From IMG/VR virus record IMGVR_UViG_3300025112_000081: a stretch of DNA of 33,876 nt. One strand, given 5' to 3'. Of this stretch, positions 15,701 to 23,082 are shown in pieces. Position numbers and translations under genes: made by a program. The DNA comes from a virus. The stretch's first letter is position 1; each line of letters begins with the position of its first letter. A model generated the notes under the pieces. That model saw nothing but the letters and a program-made list of their open reading frames with translations, was not told where the DNA came from and did no database searches.

Positions 15701-15709
15701 GCAACTAAA

Positions 15710-16072
15710 ATGGAAGACCTGGATATTTTACGACAAAACGTCGAAGACCTCGTCTGTGACCCGCCAGTTCGGGGCACTATGGAATATGCCCAAATGGTGC
15801 TTATCAATGCACTTGAAGCCGGGCTAACTAAGACGCGGAAAGCCCTAGCCGTCGCCCTTGACATTAAAACAGGCACTCCCGTTCCTGTTCACGCCCCTAT
15901 TGAAGCCGCCCCTGATCGTAAGCTTTCGGCGTTGGATAAATTGTCCAAAATCAATATGCACCGCAACGAACGCATCGCCGAACTTGAAGCCGAAGTTGCC
16001 GAGCTTAATGCCGAACTTAAAGACTGCAAGGAAGCCTGCGGCATAGCTATCCGCTTGTCCGCTTCTAGCTGA
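15710..16072 (+). CDS. Hypothetical coiled-coil protein (120 aa)
   Basis: ORF with leader motif; C-terminal heptad-like IAELEAEVAELNAELKD; followed by a terminator. Confidence 0.55.
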   Translation: MEDLDILRQNVEDLVCDPPVRGTMEYAQMVLINALEAGLTKTRKALAVALDIKTGTPVPVHAPIEAAPDRKLSALDKLSKINMHRNERIAELEAEVAELNAELKDCKEACGIAIRLSASS

Positions 16073-16131
16073 AATCAGGGAAACGGAATCGTCTGGAGAA
16101 GGAGCAACCAATAACTAACCAATGCCTAAGA

Positions 16132-16153
16132 GCCCGCCTAGTGCGGGTTTTTT
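16132..16153 (+). terminator. Rho-independent terminator
   Basis: GCCCGC (16132..16137), loop CTAGT, GCGGG(T), then a T6 run at 16148..16153. Confidence 0.7.
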
Positions 16154-16177
16154 GCGTGTAGCTTAGACAAGTAAACA

Positions 16178-16190
16178 ACTCAACCAGAGG
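16178..16190 (+). promoter_or_regulatory. Start-associated leader motif ACTCAACCAGAGG
   Basis: 7 nt upstream of ATG 16198. Confidence 0.5.
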
Positions 16191-16197
16191 TAAGACA

Positions 16198-16521
16198 ATG
16201 GAATTCAAGATCTACAAGGCATACGACATCGAAACGCAACTCGCTAATATCGAGGATTTTATCAAGCAAGTACCTAACTTTAGAGCCACTGCAAAATATA
16301 TCATCAACAATTCCAGCGAGAAAATTGTTGATTTACAAGAGCTGGTAGACGGTGAGACTACGCTGTCTAAATATTGGACGTCATCTGACAAGCAGTCAAG
16401 CATCGGCTTCTGGTCAATCGAGACTCCAGACGATGAAATCTGGGAAATTCTAAAATCAGAAGGCCACGATGGCACGGGCGAAATCGAAAACTGTCTCGTT
16501 GAGCCTCACGAAATCGCATAA
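16198..16521 (+). CDS. Acidic hypothetical protein (107 aa)
   Basis: ORF with leader motif; D/E-rich. Confidence 0.55.
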   Translation: MEFKIYKAYDIETQLANIEDFIKQVPNFRATAKYIINNSSEKIVDLQELVDGETTLSKYWTSSDKQSSIGFWSIETPDDEIWEILKSEGHDGTGEIENCLVEPHEIA

Positions 16522-16525
16522 GACA

Positions 16526-16539
16526 ATTCAACCAAAGGA
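16526..16539 (+). promoter_or_regulatory. Start-associated leader motif ATTCAACCAAAGGA
   Basis: 7 nt upstream of ATG 16547. Confidence 0.5.
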
Positions 16540-16546
16540 AAACAAA

Positions 16547-17053
16547 ATGAAGATTAAATCAATAGAGATGGACGCGGACCCACAAGTATTCAACCCCGAG
16601 GGTGTCCCTTATATCAAAATTAGTTTCGAGATAAACGGGGCAGATTTTCAGTGGTGCGAGTGGACGGATGGGGACGTTTTAGAAGTGACGGATTCAATGG
16701 AATCGGCAGGCGGGAATGATTGGATGTGGGGAGAACTTGAAAACGCAGGAGAGGAAAAAGATGTCATTCTTGAGCATCTTAGATTCATCGCAAAATCTTT
16801 TCTTGCAAACTCAACGTTAAATCAAATCCAACGATGTGAAGAGCATTTCAAAAATCTTCCTCTGGGAATGAAGTCTGATACCTACAGGCTAGAGCCAGAC
16901 CCAAGGGTCACCGAAGAAGTGGACGCCGAGCGGCTTGATAGAGAGAGCGAGCGAGAAGAATTTAAGAGGGCTCTCCGTGTTAGGCAAGCAATGCCTACGA
17001 ACGATTCTTGCTATGAAGTGGACGCCGAGCGGCTAGAAGAGGAGGTAGCGTAA
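16547..17053 (+). CDS. Acidic hypothetical protein (168 aa) with an internal EVDAERL duplication
   Basis: Track ORF 16469..17053 trimmed to ATG 16547 on the basis of the leader motif. 20-nt perfect direct repeat at 16916..16935 and 17015..17034. Confidence 0.55.
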   Translation: MKIKSIEMDADPQVFNPEGVPYIKISFEINGADFQWCEWTDGDVLEVTDSMESAGGNDWMWGELENAGEEKDVILEHLRFIAKSFLANSTLNQIQRCEEHFKNLPLGMKSDTYRLEPDPRVTEEVDAERLDRESEREEFKRALRVRQAMPTNDSCYEVDAERLEEEVA

Positions 17054-17418
17054 TGGCCTCTGAACCATGCCTTTGCGGCGCTCTTGATTGCAAATTCTGC
17101 AACCCCAGCGGGTGGCGGGAAGTTCTTAATCCGCCATCGGGGGATTGCTACTGGTGCAAAGATACCGTTGAAGCAACGCCCGGAGATGATGCCATCTGCA
17201 GCGGTTGCCTTTACCCATTCACCGACAATCCCGATGTGATTATTGAATTTTCAATCAACCAAAAAGACGAAGACGAGAAGAAAATCAAAGAGCTATCTGA
17301 AAAAATTGACGAAATAACGATTATCACTCGGCACTTGAATCAGCAAAATATGCGTTTCAGAGAAGAGCGAGAAGCTGATTCTAAACCCAAGCCACTCAAC
17401 GGAGAGGCTACACTATGA
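17053..17418 (+). CDS. Cys-rich (zinc-ribbon-like) protein with a coiled-coil tail (121 aa)
   Basis: CLCGALDCKFC...CYWC...CSGC, then a K/E-rich helix; TAATG junction. Confidence 0.5.
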   Translation: MASEPCLCGALDCKFCNPSGWREVLNPPSGDCYWCKDTVEATPGDDAICSGCLYPFTDNPDVIIEFSINQKDEDEKKIKELSEKIDEITIITRHLNQQNMRFREEREADSKPKPLNGEATL

Positions 17419-17570
17419 GCAACAACGAACAGCTCTCAGAAACGATTCTGATAAGGATTTCCCCAGAGATGAAGGCAAGCATCAGGAAAGAAGCAAAAGC
17501 CCGTGGGAAGGCGTCCTCGGCGCTCATACGCGATGCAATCAGTAAAGCAGTTACCCAGAAGAAAAAATAA
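17415..17570 (+). CDS. Ribbon-helix-helix (CopG/Arc-like) DNA-binding protein (51 aa), not in the ORF track
   Basis: ATGA overlap; MSNNEQLSETILIRISPEMKASIRKEAKARGKASSALIRDAISKAVTQKKK shows the strand-helix-helix pattern typical of RHH proteins. Confidence 0.6.
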   Translation: MSNNEQLSETILIRISPEMKASIRKEAKARGKASSALIRDAISKAVTQKKK

Positions 17571-17576
17571 AGGAAC

Positions 17577-17594
17577 GGGGCTCGCGCAAGCCCC
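17577..17594 (+). terminator. Hairpin GGGGCT-CGCGCA-AGCCCC after the RHH gene (weak terminator candidate)
   Basis: 6-bp GC stem; the downstream CGCCCTTTACC is a poor U tract. Confidence 0.3.
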
Positions 17595-17747
17595 CGCCCT
17601 TTACCCTCCGCAAGTCTGCATAAATTGGCAGATGGCAATCAAGACAATCGCAGCAACAAACCATTCGTCTTTATCAATTGCAAACCGCCCGCGTCGATTC
17701 TTCATGTATGCTATTGTAAGCGGTTTCCCCTGACAAAAGCCAGAAGC

Positions 17748-17776
17748 TTGCCGCTGTGCTCCATGTAAGCTATCAT
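17748..17776 (+). promoter_or_regulatory. Sigma70-like promoter candidate TTGCCG-17-TATCAT
   Basis: In the 286-nt gap upstream of the phosphoesterase/lysis gene block. Confidence 0.35.
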
Positions 17777-17856
17777 AGAAGCAGGTAGGCACGCGGTTGT
17801 TCATGTGTGAATCTACCCACATTTACCGACAGTTTCCCCAGGAGGGCGGGGCAACG

Positions 17857-18600
17857 ATGGCAAGCAAGGCTTTTAAGAAGGTTCTTTTTATACCGGACGT
17901 CCATGTCCCGTACCATGACCGGTGCGCCTGGAGGATTCTTATTAAGTCAATAAAGCGGTTTCAGCCAGACATACTGGTTATTCTCGGAGACTTCGCCGAC
18001 TGCTTCTCAGTCTCAAAACACGACAAATCCCCCGATAGAAAAACACTTCTACATCAAGAAATTGATTCAGTAAGAGACCACCTCGAGCAACTCGAGGGGC
18101 TAGAAATAAAGCGCAAAATCTATGTTGCTGGGAACCATGAGTACCGGCTTGAGCGTTACATCACTCAAAAAGCCCCCGAGCTGTTTGGCCTTGTTGATAT
18201 TCCTACCCTACTGCACCTCAAAAAAAATAAGTGGGAATATGTGGAATATAAGAACCATATAAGCATCGGCAATCTCGCCGTAGCGCACGACTATGGCTCC
18301 GCAGGTCAAACAGCTCACAGAGTTGCCTCACAGCGTTTTGGAGTGCCGGTTGTTATTGGGCACACTCATAGGGCCGCTTCTTTATCCCGCAGAACGTTTA
18401 ACGGGAAACATATCCAATCGGCCATGTTTGGCTGGCTCGGGGATATCAAGGAAATCGATTACATGCACCAAGCCGCAGCTAAGACCAATTGGACGCTGGG
18501 CTTTGGTATTGGCTACCTTCTCAGAACTGGTGAAGTAATTCTTCATCATATTCCAATCGTTAACAATTCGGTGATTTTAGAAGGGAAGATAATCAAGTGA
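17857..18600 (+). CDS. Calcineurin-like metallophosphoesterase
   Basis: Motifs IPDVHVPYHD, LGDFAD, GNHE, GHTH. Track ORF trimmed to ATG 17857, which has AGGAGG upstream. Confidence 0.8.
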   Translation: MASKAFKKVLFIPDVHVPYHDRCAWRILIKSIKRFQPDILVILGDFADCFSVSKHDKSPDRKTLLHQEIDSVRDHLEQLEGLEIKRKIYVAGNHEYRLERYITQKAPELFGLVDIPTLLHLKKNKWEYVEYKNHISIGNLAVAHDYGSAGQTAHRVASQRFGVPVVIGHTHRAASLSRRTFNGKHIQSAMFGWLGDIKEIDYMHQAAAKTNWTLGFGIGYLLRTGEVILHHIPIVNNSVILEGKIIK

Positions 18601-18620
18601 AAATCCCGAAAGAGGTAAAA

Positions 18621-18878
18621 ATGGGGGGTCACAAGCTGAAGGTAATAATGAGAAACTTAGACAAAGAAAAGATTGATGATGCTGTGGGGGTCTTCGGATA
18701 TTTTGATTCTGAAAGGCTAGAAATCCACATCAGCACAACAGCCCCCGAGAGTATTCAATGGGAGACCTTCATCCATGAAATAATCGAAGCAACCTGTTTT
18801 TTCACTGAGACCAGTCTACCCCACCCAACAATTCAAGCCTTCGGGCTTCTCATCTCCCAGGCGGTTGCTGATGTTTAA
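18621..18878 (+). CDS. Hypothetical protein (85 aa; GTG 18597 is an alternative start)
   Basis: AAGAGG upstream of ATG 18621. HEIIE is not a true HExxH motif. Confidence 0.45.
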   Translation: MGGHKLKVIMRNLDKEKIDDAVGVFGYFDSERLEIHISTTAPESIQWETFIHEIIEATCFFTETSLPHPTIQAFGLLISQAVADV

Positions 18879-19452
18879 GTTTGAAAACGTCCTTTTGTTT
18901 ATCATTTTCATCGTTTTATGGACGGCTACCTTCCTAACTATCTCCGCCTTGATTTCAGGTTGTGGGAAGCCCCATTTTTACGGTGAAAATACTGGGCAAG
19001 AAACCCCAGCTCCCGACGCTACAAAATGGATTCACATCTCACCGGAAGAAATGAATGAGCCATTGGAAGCGGGCACCTATAAAGTAGGCACCTACGTAGA
19101 GCAGCCGGGGTGCGGCGTGCCATACGGGCCAGCCGGGATGGACACTTGGCAGCTATGGAGCCAAGATGGGCAACGATATCTCGCGCAAGTTGGGCAGCCT
19201 CATGTAGTTGGAGCGGTGGCTATAGCAGAAGCTGGGCAGCCGAATACATACACCCACCGAGCGCATCACTATAGCGCTGGATGCGTTTACGAATACGTCA
19301 CTCAGATAAAATTACGGAAGCATTTCCCATATCAATTCCAGGGTGACTGGGCGCAGCTTGTGAACGTCGCCGATTATGAAGGCGCAGGAGGGTGCAGTCT
19401 ATCAGGGGCCGTCTGTCAATATTCTATGAAAGTAGCGGGCAATGGCGAATAG
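18871..19452 (+). CDS. Predicted lipoprotein (193 aa)
   Basis: N-terminal hydrophobic segment ending in the lipobox-like LISGC. Confidence 0.55.
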   Translation: MFKFENVLLFIIFIVLWTATFLTISALISGCGKPHFYGENTGQETPAPDATKWIHISPEEMNEPLEAGTYKVGTYVEQPGCGVPYGPAGMDTWQLWSQDGQRYLAQVGQPHVVGAVAIAEAGQPNTYTHRAHHYSAGCVYEYVTQIKLRKHFPYQFQGDWAQLVNVADYEGAGGCSLSGAVCQYSMKVAGNGE

Positions 19453-19714
19453 AATAAACCAGAAAAGCCGAATTTTCTTCAGCCTGGCCTTGTGCTCGTC
19501 TATCGTGCTAACAGCGTGCAACGGCTGTGCCCTTAGACCTCTTGGTGTGTCTTGTAAATCGATAGCGGTGGGGCAAGTTAAGAATAGAGGAGTGACAAGA
19601 GAAGAGATTTCTCTTTCTGAATCTCACGGGGCCCAAGAATCAAGAACGGTTTGCAGGATCATCTATTCACTAGAGGACATCGAAGAAGAGCTGGCGGGAG
19701 AGGCTGACTTATAG
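19442..19714 (+). CDS. Predicted small lipoprotein (90 aa); o-spanin or exclusion-protein candidate
   Basis: Signal peptide FFSLALCSSIVLTAC with lipobox LTAC; immediately upstream of the endolysin. Confidence 0.5.
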   Translation: MANRINQKSRIFFSLALCSSIVLTACNGCALRPLGVSCKSIAVGQVKNRGVTREEISLSESHGAQESRTVCRIIYSLEDIEEELAGEADL

Positions 19715-20121
19715 TGCCAAAACGATACACTAAAAATTTCTTAGTGAATGAATTTTCGTGTAATTGCGGCTGCCCTCATGGGACGATGGACCAGAGGCAC
19801 ATGGACCTTCTCCAACGGTTGCGTGATGTAGCTGGCCCTTTAAAAGTAACATCTGGAATAAGGTGCGCCACTTACAATAAGCTAATCGGTGGGGCTAAAA
19901 GGTCACAACACATCCCAGATGCAAACGGGGTTTGCTGTGCTTGTGATATTACTTTTATCACTGGTTTAAAAAGCAATAGACAAATGCTTAAGCTATATAC
20001 CTTAGCAGATCAAATACACTTCAAAGGAATTGGCCTTTATAGGGGTCGCATTCATGTTGACAGCCGTCCAGGTAGACGCGCCAGGTGGATTGATCACTTT
20101 TGGAATTGGAAAGACACCTAG
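19714..20121 (+). CDS. Endolysin, peptidase M15A (zinc D-Ala-D-Ala carboxypeptidase-like) family
   Basis: FLVNEFSCNCG...VTSGIRCATYNKLIGGAKRSQH...ACDI...IGLYRGRIHVDSRP fits the M15 H-x6-D...H zinc site pattern; GTG start overlaps the upstream stop (TAGTG). Confidence 0.75.
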   Translation: MPKRYTKNFLVNEFSCNCGCPHGTMDQRHMDLLQRLRDVAGPLKVTSGIRCATYNKLIGGAKRSQHIPDANGVCCACDITFITGLKSNRQMLKLYTLADQIHFKGIGLYRGRIHVDSRPGRRARWIDHFWNWKDT

Positions 20122-20315
20122 TCACCAAGTGACCTTAATACCAGCCATCCCTGCTAATCTCTCGGCGGTGGCTGTGACTTCAGCAAACACTCTAGTGTTT
20201 TCTCTAATGCTAGAATCAATTCTAATAAAGCCTTCCGGCTTGATGCTTCCGCCAGAAATAAGCCAGTCATAATCCCCCCGTATGCCAGCAGTAAGCATAC
20301 GAGAAGACGGTCCAT

Positions 20316-20567
20316 CTAATCCGATGAGCTTTTTTTTAGAAGGGTCTCGGCAATTGTCTTGGCATTAACCGCCGCTGAATCTGCCTTGCCCTTGGCCCAA
20401 CTTCTTCCAATTGTATAAGACGCCCCGCATACTGCTGACAAGATGCCCCCAACTATATTTGCCCATGGGCTTTCTGGCATTACAGAGAGCACAAGGCCCC
20501 CAACAAGGCCCACGCAACTGAGCCAAAATTCTGTGCTTTTGTATCCCGGCTTTGAATTATTGCTCAT
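20316..20567 (-). CDS. Holin candidate (83 aa, two TM segments, charged C-terminus)
   Basis: FWLSCVGLVGGLVLSVM and WANIVGGILSAVCGASYTI; last gene of the late arm; ATGA coupling. Confidence 0.5.
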   Translation of the reverse strand: MSNNSKPGYKSTEFWLSCVGLVGGLVLSVMPESPWANIVGGILSAVCGASYTIGRSWAKGKADSAAVNAKTIAETLLKKSSSD

Positions 20568-20815
20568 TTCTCGTTCTCCTCTTTCGCTTTTTGAACGCTA
20601 GATTCTATCCTATATTCTTCTCTGAACTCATAAAAGCACCGGGAGAAATCAGCTAGTTTATCCCTCATTTCAATGATCTGAGTTTCGAGTAAACCCAGGC
20701 GATATTCTATTGAGCCCCCGGATGATTTTTGCATCCCCTTTTCAACGAGCTTAACCAGCGCCATCACAACGCCAACCAATGCGGCCGTGGTGTAAGCGCT
20801 ATCTTCCATTACCAA
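20564..20815 (-). CDS. Small N-terminal-TM protein with a coiled coil (83 aa); holin partner or i-spanin-like candidate
   Basis: TM AALVGVVMALVKLV, then a helical E/R-rich region; overlaps the fibre gene end. Confidence 0.4.
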   Translation of the reverse strand: MVMEDSAYTTAALVGVVMALVKLVEKGMQKSSGGSIEYRLGLLETQIIEMRDKLADFSRCFYEFREEYRIESSVQKAKEENEK

Positions 20816-22653
20816 TTGCGCCCGAGTTTGTACGTACCCCCGTTGCTGTCGACAATGCAGATATTGGTCACCGGGTACGCCGAATGGGAAGGGGTAAAAT
20901 TTGAAGTGTAGCGACCGACCCCTTTAACTATCGTGAATTCGTCAATGTAACCGTAAAATGAATCGCTGTTATCTGCGGCCCACGTACCAATTTTAAGCAG
21001 CGGGCTAGTGTAGCCCGAAAAGCTCAAGCTTGGCATCGCGTTGCTGGATGCGTCCACAACAAACTTTCTCTCGATTCCGTTCACAAATAACCGAGGATCG
21101 CCTGATGCCTCCGTTCTCGATAATGCTAGGTGTACCCAAACGTCAGTTTCCATGTCTGAAGCATCCGCCGCGAGCAGTCGTCCCGTGGTCTGCCAGCTTC
21201 CCCCATTGTAAACGACGAATTCAAATTTAGTGCCGCTTGGCTGATAAGCGAAAGTCCAGTAACGGTCATCGGTGATGCTTCCGAAAGAAACAATTCTGTC
21301 AAAGCTGTTAACGGCACTAAACCGCGCCCAAAATTCGACAGTAAATGCCGCAGTTCCGAAGTCAAAATCCGTTGAGTTTGCGACGGTTAGATAATCTCCG
21401 GTTCCGTCAAAATATGCGCTTGCAGTGCCAAAAACTTTTTGCCCAGTCTTGGTTACAGCATTGGTTGGGGTGACTGTGTGGGTGCTAGCAGAAGAGTCAG
21501 TAAACGTGGTCCCGTCGTCTGAACCATCCATGTGGAGCAGAAGTTTAACATCGGAACTATTGCCGTATTCCTCCGTGTAAATCTTTGCATAGTCGGCAGT
21601 CGCGGAAGGTGCAGAAGACTGTTCTTTGATCGCCATTGCCCCATCAACGTCGATCATTTCTGCCGGTGCGGTGACCCCGCCGAAGCCGACATTGCCGGTT
21701 GTTTTCTGGACTACAATCCTCGGATTTCCGCTGAGAACGCCGGAACTTCCCTCTGTGATCTTGAACGAGTCGCCGTCGTCGTTGTCGATGCCCATGCCGT
21801 AGCTGGTCGCCCCGCTGACATGAAACCACATTCGAGGATCTGCGGCGCTCTCACCCCCCGTCTCTAAATGAATAGCTGCCGTTGATTCGTCCGGTGCCCA
21901 AACATGCAAAAGACTGTCGGGGTCTGTCCCAGTGGTTCCAATCCCAACGTGCCCGGTCGATTCAACTTGGAGCCCTTGATAGTGAATCTTGTAAGCTTGA
22001 GAAGAGACGGTTTGGCTAGTCGTTACGGTGATTGACGTATTGCTCCCACGAGCCGTGATAGCGCCGGAGGTTGTTCCGTCAGCGTAGACAAATTCTGAGC
22101 CGACCATCGCATCAGTCCAGGTTGTGCCTGACCCGGTGACAGTTGTTCCTGACTGGCTCGCGGTCCCCGTCTCATACTGAACTGGGGATGCTGAAAAGAA
22201 TTTCGGTGGAGTCTTGATCCCAATGCCAACACGATCGGCGCTACCATCAACGAGGAGCATGTGATCGTTCCCGTTTGACTCAACGCGAAAATCGAAAGAA
22301 TCTGAATCGTCGTTCACGCATATTTCAGAGTCCGTTATGGTAAGCTGATCATCGTTGCTCGAACTCTGATCATCGATGCCTGTCAACGCGCTACCGCTAG
22401 AAGCCGCAATTGTTAGTGTTCCCGCGGCATCGTCGTATGTCTTTGTAACGTTAGAACCTGCAACGATCACCCCATTAACAAAGTCTTCTACCTGCTCTTG
22501 AGTTAGCTGCGTGTTAGTATCAGTTTCAGCACCAGGTTCCCATTCCTCAGAAGAAGAGTTATATTTTAAAACCTGCCCGTTTGTGGGCGCTGTTTCGGAA
22601 ACAGCTTTGCTTGATATCTCCGAGGCATTTTGCCCGACTTCTTTGATTGCCAT
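20809..22653 (-). CDS. Tail fibre protein with a C-terminal LamG / concanavalin-A-like lectin domain
   Basis: LLLHMDGSDDGTTFTDSSASTHTVTPTNAVTKTGQKVFGTASAYFDGTGDYLTV...FTVEFWARF is typical of Laminin_G_3 domains in phage fibres. Recurrent (T)G(H/N)VG(I/F)G motifs lie upstream. Confidence 0.65.
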   Translation of the reverse strand: MAIKEVGQNASEISSKAVSETAPTNGQVLKYNSSSEEWEPGAETDTNTQLTQEQVEDFVNGVIVAGSNVTKTYDDAAGTLTIAASSGSALTGIDDQSSSNDDQLTITDSEICVNDDSDSFDFRVESNGNDHMLLVDGSADRVGIGIKTPPKFFSASPVQYETGTASQSGTTVTGSGTTWTDAMVGSEFVYADGTTSGAITARGSNTSITVTTSQTVSSQAYKIHYQGLQVESTGHVGIGTTGTDPDSLLHVWAPDESTAAIHLETGGESAADPRMWFHVSGATSYGMGIDNDDGDSFKITEGSSGVLSGNPRIVVQKTTGNVGFGGVTAPAEMIDVDGAMAIKEQSSAPSATADYAKIYTEEYGNSSDVKLLLHMDGSDDGTTFTDSSASTHTVTPTNAVTKTGQKVFGTASAYFDGTGDYLTVANSTDFDFGTAAFTVEFWARFSAVNSFDRIVSFGSITDDRYWTFAYQPSGTKFEFVVYNGGSWQTTGRLLAADASDMETDVWVHLALSRTEASGDPRLFVNGIERKFVVDASSNAMPSLSFSGYTSPLLKIGTWAADNSDSFYGYIDEFTIVKGVGRYTSNFTPSHSAYPVTNICIVDSNGGTYKLGRNW

Positions 22654-22664
22654 TTTAAAGCTCC

Positions 22665-22988
22665 TTAGTAGATCATGCCTTCAGCGGTAACGGTCGAAGC
22701 AGATGATGATCCCATCGTTACATAAAGTTTAGCTTGAGGCACTGAGAAATCAATATCAATAACGGTTGCATCAGTACCACCAGCAGCGACGGAGGCAGTC
22801 GTAAGGATGCGCTCCCCGCCACCGGGCTCAACATATTTGACGGTTGCAGTCGCAGCCACCACAGAAGAATAAACGATGAAAGTCATTCCTCTGTGCCCGC
22901 CTGAAGCAGAAGAATACACTTCTAGAATCTCAGTTTCTGCTGTAGAACTCATCGCTGTGCTTGAGTTTGGCCATTCTAATCTTACCAT
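22665..22988 (-). CDS. Hypothetical small beta-rich protein (107 aa)
   Basis: ORF between the two fibre genes, with AGGAGAG upstream. Confidence 0.5.
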   Translation of the reverse strand: MVRLEWPNSSTAMSSTAETEILEVYSSASGGHRGMTFIVYSSVVAATATVKYVEPGGGERILTTASVAAGGTDATVIDIDFSVPQAKLYVTMGSSSASTVTAEGMIY

Positions 22989-23010
22989 TTTTTTTCTCTC
23001 CTAAATTTGT

Positions 23011-23053
23011 GCCACCGGCTAACCTAGCCGGGGGGATACGATCAACCGGTGGC
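23011..23053 (-). other. Mutually exclusive hairpins in the 94-nt gap between the tail tip gene and the next gene
   Basis: GCCACCGG (23011..18) pairs with CCGGTGGC (23046..53). CCGGCTA (23015..21) pairs with TAGCCGG (23025..31). The two structures share the CCGG at 23015..18. Confidence 0.4.
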
Positions 23054-23082
23054 TGAGAGACTAAAGCCCCCCATTTTCGTTT

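Noticed and set aside
17258-17275. TCAATCAACCAAAAAGAC, resembling the leader motif, inside gene 17053..17418
   Set aside because: No start codon follows at the usual distance. It encodes SINQKD in frame and is probably coincidental.
18621-18878. Metallopeptidase call based on HEIIE
   Set aside because: The motif is H-E-x-x-E, not HExxH, and there is no other supporting signature.
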